From: an uncultured candidate division Zixibacteria bacterium
GTDB lineage: Bacteria; Zixibacteria; MSB-5A5; UBA10806; 4484-95
DNA length: 64,000 bases
Direction: 5' to 3'
NCBI GenBank assembly: GCA_963668625.2
Contig: CAXXKA010000008.1
Location: 960,001-1,024,000 of the forward strand
Part shown: piece after piece, positions 52,858 through 59,927 of the stretch
How positions within the stretch are numbered: the first letter of the stretch is position 1
Layout of the letters: each line of letters starts with the position of its first letter
Notes under the pieces: model-generated
Databases searched by the model: none
Told to the model about the DNA's origin: nothing
Seen by the model: the letters and a program-made list of their open reading frames with translations, nothing else
Translations under genes and position numbers: made by a program

Positions 52858-53023
52858 AAGGACGATAACGACCTTTCTTGTCGAAAGGTGTAATCATCCC
52901 AATACTAAACAAAAGAAATCAGGTAAGCAAGGCAAATTTGGTAATTGAAAAAGAGAGGAGAGACAATCGCTGATTAATTATTAATCGCAAAAGGACGATA
53001 ACGGCCTTTCTTGATGGAAAGGT
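52858..53023 (+). repeat. Two direct copies of a ~32-nt hairpin-containing element
   Basis: AAGGACGATAACGACCTTTCTTGTCGAAAGGT (52858) and AAGGACGATAACGGCCTTTCTTGATGGAAAGGT (52991). Confidence 0.85.
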
Positions 53024-53138
53024 ACAAACGATAACGCTTCAAATCAGAAAAATCTAAAAATAGTCACGGCCCCGCAATTTTAAAAGCGGGGGGTGTGTAA
53101 ATCTATCATTTAAGTTATTAGCGAATGGTGTTGGAAAT

Positions 53139-55463
53139 ATGAGAAATACAAAAAAGCAATCCATGATTGGGTTAGTCCTGGTATTGATGTTCCTGGCTAT
53201 TCCCAGTCTGACTTTTGCCGATGGCGCCTGCTGTACCTCTAGCGGATGCGTGGAGGTTGCGGACGTTACGACCTGCTTAATGTCTAATGGAGTCTGGATT
53301 GGTGAGGGCACGAGTTGCTCGGACGATCCTCCACCCTGCAACGGTGCCTGCTGCACCGGTGAAGGATGCGTAGATAATCTTGATGTTACGACTTGTATGA
53401 TGACTTACTCCGGCCTGTGGATGGGCCCGAATACATCATGCAGCGATCCCGATATTTGCAGTGGCGCGTGCTGTATTGGTACGTCCTGCCAATTTATCAC
53501 CGAAACAGAGTGTGCTAACCTTTCCGGAAGCTTCTCCGGTTTTGGCATAACCTGTGATCCGAACCCATGTGTTCAGCCAACCGGCGCCTGTTGTACCCTG
53601 GAGGGGTGCGTAGCCGATGTTGATGCAATGACCTGCGCGGTGGTTTACTCCGGCGTGTGGATGGGATCCGAGACATCATGCAGTGACCCTGACCTATGCT
53701 CAGGCGCTTGCTGTATAGCCGATACCTGCCAGGTTATGGATCCAGCCCTATGTAGTCAACTCAATGGAGATTTTGCGGGCTATGGTTCGGGCTGCTTCCC
53801 TGATCCCTGCGGCCCTACTGGTGCCTGTTGTCTGCAGACGCCAGTTGGCGCATTCTGCACGGATATGACCGAAGAACAATGTGTCTTGATGGGCGGTTCC
53901 GCTACTTATCACGGTGATGGTACCTTCTGCGATGGTATTGACGGTGACGGTAATGGCGTGCCGGATCTCTGCGAAGATCTCGAAGGTGCTTGCTGTATTG
54001 GTGAAGATTCGTGCTTATTCGTTACCGATTCAGAATGCCAATTGGCCGGTGGCGAATTCAAAGGAATTGGTACTGACTGTTCGGATATGAACTCGAACGG
54101 TGTCGCCGACGTTTGCGAAAACAGTACGGAAGGCGGCGCTTGCTGTACTTTCATGCAGGGTTGCGTGGATGTTGCCGATCAGGCGACTTGCGAAGGCGAT
54201 CCTTATTTGGGTCAGTGGATGGGCGCCGGCACTAGTTGTTCGGACGATCCTCCTCCTTGTAATGGCGCTTGCTGTACGGAAACCGGTTGTGTCGATAATG
54301 TCACTGCTATGACCTGTCTGTCAGCTCATGCCGGACAGTTCGTTGGTGCCGGCACTAGTTGTTCGGACGATCCTTCTCCATGTAACGGCGCCTGTTGTAC
54401 GGATGAGGGATGCATTGATGGTATTGATGCTATGACTTGTATGACTACATATTCAGGTCAATTTATGGGCGCGGGTACGTCATGTAGCGACCCGGGTATT
54501 TGCAGCGGTGCCTGCTGTACCGGTGAGACCTGTCAATTTGTTACCCAAACAGAATGTAGCAATTTGTCCGGAACCTTCTATGGTTATAACACGACCTGTG
54601 ATCCGAATCCATGTATCCAGCCAAGCGGCGCTTGCTGCACTCCTGAGGGATGTATAGCGGATGTAAGCGGAATAACCTGTGCGACGGTTTACTCCGGCAT
54701 GTGGATGGGACCAGGATCATCATGCAGCGACCCTAACCCTTGTGTGGGCGCTTGTTGTATAGATGATAGCTGTCAGGTATTGGATCCAGGTGAATGTAAT
54801 CTCCTCGGTGGGGAATTCCTTAATTACGGCTCGGGCTGCGATTTTAATCCCTGTGGCCCTACTGGAGCTTGTTGCACAGAGTTTCCCGTGATCACTATCT
54901 GCTCAGATATGACAGAAGAAGGATGCGCGGCGTTAGGTAGTGTCGCAACGTTCCATGGCGTTGGCACTTATTGTGATAATATTGACGGTAACTCAAACGG
55001 TATCCCGGATATCTGCGAGGATCTCGAAGGCGCTTGCTGTTACAGCGATGGTTCTTGCATGATGCAAACCGATGAGGATTGCCAACTGGACGGTGGCGAG
55101 TTCAAGGGGATTGGCACTGACTGTAGTACCCCGGATATTTGTCCAGCGCCTCCCGGTTTAGATTATCTCCCCGGTGATGCCAACATGGCTGCCGGCTCGT
55201 GGCCGCCGAACGTAATCGGCGCTGATGTCACCTACCTGGTGAACTATTTCCGGGCTATTGCCGCGCCATGTTTACTGGATGGTTTCTATACCTCCGGCGA
55301 TGCTAACGGTGACTGCTCGGTAATCGGCGCTGATGTCACTTACCTGGTACAATATTTCCGAGGCGCGAACGAATTACATTTCTGCCCGGACTATCAACCA
55401 TCCTGGTCTGGCAGCGGCGATTTACCGACCGAGGCTCCCGATGGTTGGCCGAATTGCGAATGA
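53139..55463 (+). CDS. Secreted GACC-repeat cysteine-rich protein with dockerin-like tail
   Basis: Signal peptide; 15 GACC motifs; DxDxNGxPDxCE Ca-binding-like motifs; internal duplication with ~1044-bp period. Confidence 0.88.
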   Translation: MRNTKKQSMIGLVLVLMFLAIPSLTFADGACCTSSGCVEVADVTTCLMSNGVWIGEGTSCSDDPPPCNGACCTGEGCVDNLDVTTCMMTYSGLWMGPNTSCSDPDICSGACCIGTSCQFITETECANLSGSFSGFGITCDPNPCVQPTGACCTLEGCVADVDAMTCAVVYSGVWMGSETSCSDPDLCSGACCIADTCQVMDPALCSQLNGDFAGYGSGCFPDPCGPTGACCLQTPVGAFCTDMTEEQCVLMGGSATYHGDGTFCDGIDGDGNGVPDLCEDLEGACCIGEDSCLFVTDSECQLAGGEFKGIGTDCSDMNSNGVADVCENSTEGGACCTFMQGCVDVADQATCEGDPYLGQWMGAGTSCSDDPPPCNGACCTETGCVDNVTAMTCLSAHAGQFVGAGTSCSDDPSPCNGACCTDEGCIDGIDAMTCMTTYSGQFMGAGTSCSDPGICSGACCTGETCQFVTQTECSNLSGTFYGYNTTCDPNPCIQPSGACCTPEGCIADVSGITCATVYSGMWMGPGSSCSDPNPCVGACCIDDSCQVLDPGECNLLGGEFLNYGSGCDFNPCGPTGACCTEFPVITICSDMTEEGCAALGSVATFHGVGTYCDNIDGNSNGIPDICEDLEGACCYSDGSCMMQTDEDCQLDGGEFKGIGTDCSTPDICPAPPGLDYLPGDANMAAGSWPPNVIGADVTYLVNYFRAIAAPCLLDGFYTSGDANGDCSVIGADVTYLVQYFRGANELHFCPDYQPSWSGSGDLPTEAPDGWPNCE

Positions 55464-55722
55464 ACTCTCTGATTTGAGTAATTAAACTCAGCTACTACTT
55501 CTTGAAAAGTGCTCTAACACTTTGACCTTGATCTACGATAGGCGGCCTTAACGGGCCGCCTTTTTCATGTCAACAATACGGTAACAACTGCGGTATATCT
55601 GTGGTAATCTCTGATGCTTTATGGTGTCGAAAGGTGTAGATCGGATTTATTGCAATTCGCTATCAATCAACAGAGTAAGTTTAATACCAATAATTTAGCA
55701 AAATAGCATGAATAGGAATCAT
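55161..55722 (+). repeat. Right copy of ~560-bp inverted repeat
   Basis: Matches the reverse complement of 28457-29020. Confidence 0.95.
55540..55565 (+). terminator. Intrinsic terminator
   Basis: AGGCGGCC-TTAACG-GGCCGCCTTTTT. Confidence 0.85.
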
Positions 55723-55760
55723 AATCCTCGTGTCCGGGGTTTGAGTCCCTGCTCCGCTAC
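55714..55760 (+). other. 3' half of tRNA-Met(CAT); attR-like remnant
   Basis: AGGA-ATCATAA-TCCT anticodon arm, CGGGG-TTTGAGT-CCCTG T arm (TTC changed to TTT), CTCCGCTAC acceptor strand; no 5' half. Confidence 0.8.
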
Positions 55761-55910
55761 TTGTCTTTCAATAATTAGGGATTAGCCTATATTTAGTTTA
55801 GTGCTCAATTATATATGACTGTGAGGTTTTAGCTTGCCCACCCTATTGGTGGGTTACCTGTTGAAAGGCTAACCTTTTCGATAGAAAATGAGGTAGATTT
55901 CCCGTTCATA

Positions 55911-56540
55911 ATGGGTAAAATACAGGATATTATTGATCCAGATTTTCCCAAACAAACAGGAGTTGAAAACAGGTATAAGATAATTGACCAGCCGTTTGTC
56001 AATGAGGTTGGCCTATTTAAACAAGCCATCAATATTGGTGAATTCGGATGGTATTTTATACAATTTCCCGAGAAAACGGTCTTTCAAAAATTAATTGTCC
56101 AGCCAGGCGAATTGGATATGGATTTATATATAAGCCGCGATAATAATTGCCTGCTATATAGCTTCTATAACTCAAGTACCAATAAAATAACAATCACAGG
56201 AAAAATTGTCCCAGATACTCGATCAATATACTCAAAAATTAAAGATAACATAGATGACCTCGAGTTGCGGCAATACTATTTGAATTCCAGCCTTGCGAAA
56301 ACAATTGAGGCCGAACAAATGGCAGAATCTGTTCCTGAGTTGATGAACATGGAAGAAGCAGCCAGATATCTCGGAATTGAGGAAAAGACATTGTACAACT
56401 GGGTTAGTGCTGAAAAAATACCAGTGACTAAAGTTGGCGGCAGGAATAAATTCCGTAAGGAATTTCTCGATAACTGGTTGGATCAACAAACCGGCGTAAA
56501 GGGGAAAAAGCGACTGGCAAAGCGCCGCAGAAGGAAATAA
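55911..56540 (+). CDS. Protein with C-terminal excisionase-type HTH (HTH_17) domain
   Basis: LMNMEEAARYLGIEEKTLYNWV....IP..KVG....FRKE.LD.WL. Confidence 0.8.
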   Translation: MGKIQDIIDPDFPKQTGVENRYKIIDQPFVNEVGLFKQAINIGEFGWYFIQFPEKTVFQKLIVQPGELDMDLYISRDNNCLLYSFYNSSTNKITITGKIVPDTRSIYSKIKDNIDDLELRQYYLNSSLAKTIEAEQMAESVPELMNMEEAARYLGIEEKTLYNWVSAEKIPVTKVGGRNKFRKEFLDNWLDQQTGVKGKKRLAKRRRRK

Positions 56541-56679
56541 CATGTGCCAGATTTGTGCAAAAAGGGGTATGAAAACGGGTGAAATTCAAGGAAAACCAAG
56601 GAAACAATAAAAGTCCATAAATAGCCGTAAGATGTTATCCTGCAGTGTAATACGTTGGTTTTTAAGGGAAATAAAAAAG

Positions 56680-56754
56680 CGGGGTTGACGAGACTCGAAC
56701 TCGCGACCTCCTGCGTGACAGGCAGGCGTTCTAACCAAACTGAACTACAACCCC
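56680..56754 (-). tRNA. tRNA-Asp(GTC), CCA not encoded
   Basis: GGGGTTGTAGTTCAGTTTGGTTAGAACGCCTGCCTGTCACGCAGGAGGTCGCGAGTTCGAGTCTCGTCAACCCCG folds as a cloverleaf. Confidence 0.97.
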
Positions 56755-56788
56755 GTAGAGTAATCTATTTTAAAGAACAAGCCCTGGA

Positions 56789-57043
56789 TTAATTATCGGA
56801 ATTAGGTTCGGGTTCTACAACCCCGGTGGCTTCATCCGTACTTTTGACTTTCTTGCCGTATAGTATGGCCAGAGGCAATACTGCGCAATAACCCAGAACG
56901 AGCAAAATCGGAGCGCCGGTGATATCACCGACACTTAGAAGGATGTAACCAATTACGATCAATCCCAAACCAACCGCCAACAGGATATAGTTGATTTTGG
57001 TAAATCCAAGAGATTCTTCTGATTTCTTCGATTTCCGTGCCAT
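56789..57043 (-). CDS. DUF3098-like small membrane protein
   Basis: F.KINYILLAVGL..I..GY.LL.....APILLVLGY. Confidence 0.75.
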   Translation of the reverse strand: MARKSKKSEESLGFTKINYILLAVGLGLIVIGYILLSVGDITGAPILLVLGYCAVLPLAILYGKKVKSTDEATGVVEPEPNSDN

Positions 57044-57160
57044 TAAACCAACCCGGTTAACTCGTTTGAACCCTAATTTTGCAACAATCGAAGTTAAATA
57101 ATTATTGATAAAAGTCAAGCAATATTTCTAACATATTATGAAACTTATAATTCCGGCGTT

Positions 57161-58614
57161 CTATTCGGGTTTCCCTCGCGCGGAAATCAGCCTTAATATC
57201 AAGTCCAGATCTTCCCGCCCTAAGCCCTTTGACAGGATCAACACTAATAGAAATGACAACGCTCCACAGACTATTCTCAGCAATACCTGCAAGTTTTCTG
57301 ATAGAACGAGCACTAAAGTCATTGCCACAAGCGCTGGAATCAGTTTTAACAACCAGCGTAATACCTTACTGATACTCAGGTTATGACCAATCATCACGAA
57401 AAAGCCAACGCCTGTTAGAGCCTCCGAAATAAGGGTGGCTATAGCAGCCCCCTGAAAACTATACCGGGGTATAAAAATGAAATTAAGCCCGATATTAAGT
57501 ACTGCCCCGACCGCAGTTATATACATCAGGGAGCGTTTCCAGTTACTGGCGATCATATATGAACTCTGTATAGAATTAATGAACATCAGCACCAGAGCCC
57601 AGATAAGTATTTTCAGCGAGATAACACCCGGCAAATACGATTCCGGGTATACCATCTCATATAGCGAACCGGCGATAAAGACCGTACCGAGAGCCACGGC
57701 CAGGCCCAAATACATCAGATATTTGAAACCGATACGGTATATGTTGTTCATGCTGGTTTTATCAGCATTGAAATATCCCGAAAGCCTGGGCAATATCGCA
57801 GCTGAAAACGAAGTCGATACCATCAACATGCCGTTAATAAGCGCGTAAGCCGAGTTATAATAACCAACTGCCTGATCGCCTTTCATTAATGACAACATGA
57901 CAAAGTCGGCGCGATAATAGATTGTCATCAAAACGGCCGTAACAGCCAGCGGCAAAGCCGATTTGACGAAAGCAACCGGCTCGGTCAAACCGACTTGGAA
58001 AGATAAACGGCATACCCTCACGTTAACTACTATCGCGATGGTCAGTGTAGCTATCGTGGCGCTAACGAGATGAGCAACACCTATGCCAAGCAAACCATAG
58101 CCTAATATCAGCGCCGTAAACCCCAGCAGTGTCAGCATGAGCTGGGTGAGCATGGCCAGCATACCGTAGAGGCGGAAACGCTCATAGCCCAATAAAGTCG
58201 CAGAGAAACCGCCCATCATGAAATTTACCCCCATAGCCATAGCAGCGAATCGCATGAACTGTTTTACGGTATCCGGTTTATTTATATAGTATGATAATGC
58301 GAATGCGATACCAACAACGATCACTATGGTAAACAGCCGGGCTATAATCGAGCTGCCGATTAGCCTGCCGACCTCGGTTTTATCTTTTATGAATGCAATT
58401 TGCCGGGATTGATATGTATTTAGGCCCTTATCGGAAATTACCGCCAGAAGAACCAACAGCGAGAGAACGAAACCATACTGACCGAACACCTCCACCCCGA
58501 GCACACGAGCGGCATAGATGGTAAAAAAAAACCTAGAAGTTTTATAACTATCTGAGAGGAAAGCAGGATTATGGAATTTCTCGCCAGGCTGGATTTCCCG
58601 CCGACATCATTCAC
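57161..58614 (-). CDS. wzx: Wzx-type polysaccharide flippase; frameshift in the T9 run at 58523-58531
   Basis: LARNS..L...Q....LLGFF(F)TIYAARVLG.E.FG.Y, D.GL, D..ML, VGYY..AY, LN...IP.Y...GAAIAT; GTG start overlaps the end of gmhA. Confidence 0.85.
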
Positions 58615-59185
58615 CGAAAAGCTCCGTTTCGATTATATCGATTAAGATATGGCCAACTGCAATATGAGATTCCTGTATATATTGCACCACCTCTGTGGGT
58701 ATGACCAAGCATTTGTCGGCTAACTCTACCAGCTTGCCGCCATCCCCACCGGTGAATCCTATCGTGTTGATATCAAGCTCTTTTGCTTTCTCCACGGCCT
58801 TTATCACATTAGATGAGTTGCCGGAGGTCGAGATAGCAATCAAGATATCTCCGGGCTTGCCTAATGCCTCCACCTGACGGCTGAAAATATGATCGAAACC
58901 GTAATCGTTCGAGCAGGCTGTCAGTATCGAGGTGTCGGTGGTCAGGGCGGTTGCAGCTAATGCTCTACGCTCCCTTTTCGAGGAGAGTCTTACAACCAGC
59001 TCTGTTGCCAGATGCTGGCTATCAGCCGCCGACCCCCCATTGCCGCAAAGCATGATCTTGCCGCCACCAGAGAGCGATTGGGCGCATAGCTTACCGATTT
59101 CGAGTATCAACCCGGCCTGATCCGCAGCGATCATCTCTTTAACTTTCGCTGATTGAAACAATTGCCTTTGTATTTTATTGATCAT
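58607..59185 (-). CDS. gmhA: D-sedoheptulose-7-phosphate isomerase
   Basis: CGNGGSAADSQH, ND.G....FSRQVEALG, ISTSGNS.NV, IQE.H. Confidence 0.95.
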   Translation of the reverse strand: MINKIQRQLFQSAKVKEMIAADQAGLILEIGKLCAQSLSGGGKIMLCGNGGSAADSQHLATELVVRLSSKRERRALAATALTTDTSILTACSNDYGFDHIFSRQVEALGKPGDILIAISTSGNSSNVIKAVEKAKELDINTIGFTGGDGGKLVELADKCLVIPTEVVQYIQESHIAVGHILIDIIETELFGE

Positions 59186-59189
59186 ATTC

Positions 59190-59927
59190 CTATTTCCAAT
59201 GCAAAGCCTCCGTGAACCTTTTCGCCAGCGAGGGATCGCGTTCCAATGCGTTACCAACGACAACCATCGAGGCGCCCGCTTCAGCCAATTTGCCGGCATA
59301 CTCGGGATCGGTGATACCACCGCCGACCATCACCGGTATATCGACATATTCACCTACTGCAGTAACCATATCCTCGGGCACCGGATACAACGCCCCTGAG
59401 CCTGCCTCCAGATAGATAAGTTTCATCCCCAGGTATTGCCCGGCCAGGGCATGAGCGCAGGCGATCTCAGGCTTATCACGAGGGATCGGTAAGGTATTCG
59501 AGAGATACGACACCGAGGTTAACACGCCTGATTCGATCAACATATAGCCTGTCGGGATAGTTTCCAGGTTCAGAGCTTTAATCATCGGAGCCGATTTAAC
59601 GTGCTCCTCTATAAGAAGATTCGGATTTCGTCCTGAAATAAGCGAGAGATACAGGATAGCATCGGCATTAGCGCAAACATTGGAGGATGAGGCCGGGAAT
59701 AATATCACCGGTTTATCCGTAGCTTTTTTCACCTCGGATAAGGTGTGCTCGAATTTGTTTGCCATCATAAGGGATGAGCCGAACAGGAAAGCATCCGCGC
59801 CGGCGTTCTCGTAATCGGAAACCAGAGATATTAAATCATCGCCCGATTTACGGTCGGGATCAAGAAGTACAAGAAAGCAACAACCATGACGCTCTCTTGC
59901 TTTCAATAAACTATCATAAACTGTCAT
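59190..59927 (-). CDS. Geranylgeranylglyceryl/heptaprenylglyceryl phosphate synthase (group II, PcrB/GGGPS family)
   Basis: LLDPD, PVILFP, SLISGRNP, PTGYMLI, YLEAGSGA, VGGGI. Confidence 0.92.
   Translation of the reverse strand: MTVYDSLLKARERHGCCFLVLLDPDRKSGDDLISLVSDYENAGADAFLFGSSLMMANKFEHTLSEVKKATDKPVILFPASSSNVCANADAILYLSLISGRNPNLLIEEHVKSAPMIKALNLETIPTGYMLIESGVLTSVSYLSNTLPIPRDKPEIACAHALAGQYLGMKLIYLEAGSGALYPVPEDMVTAVGEYVDIPVMVGGGITDPEYAGKLAEAGASMVVVGNALERDPSLAKRFTEALHWK

Noticed and set aside
52879-52892. TGTCGAAAGGTGTA shared between the leader repeat and the inverted-repeat arm (~55625)
   Set aside because: Only 14 nt with unrelated flanks; may be chance.
28718-55463. Diversity-generating retroelement (near-identical 3' gene ends)
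   Set aside because: No reverse transcriptase; differences are not adenine-specific and many are synonymous; both copies are coding.
28718-55463. True cellulosome
   Set aside because: No recognisable glycoside hydrolase or cohesin domain in the window.
55714-55760. Functional tRNA-Met gene
   Set aside because: The 5' acceptor strand and D arm are missing and the T loop is mutated.
58523-58531. T9 tract in wzx as a phase-variation switch
   Set aside because: Cannot be separated from the homopolymer errors seen throughout the window.
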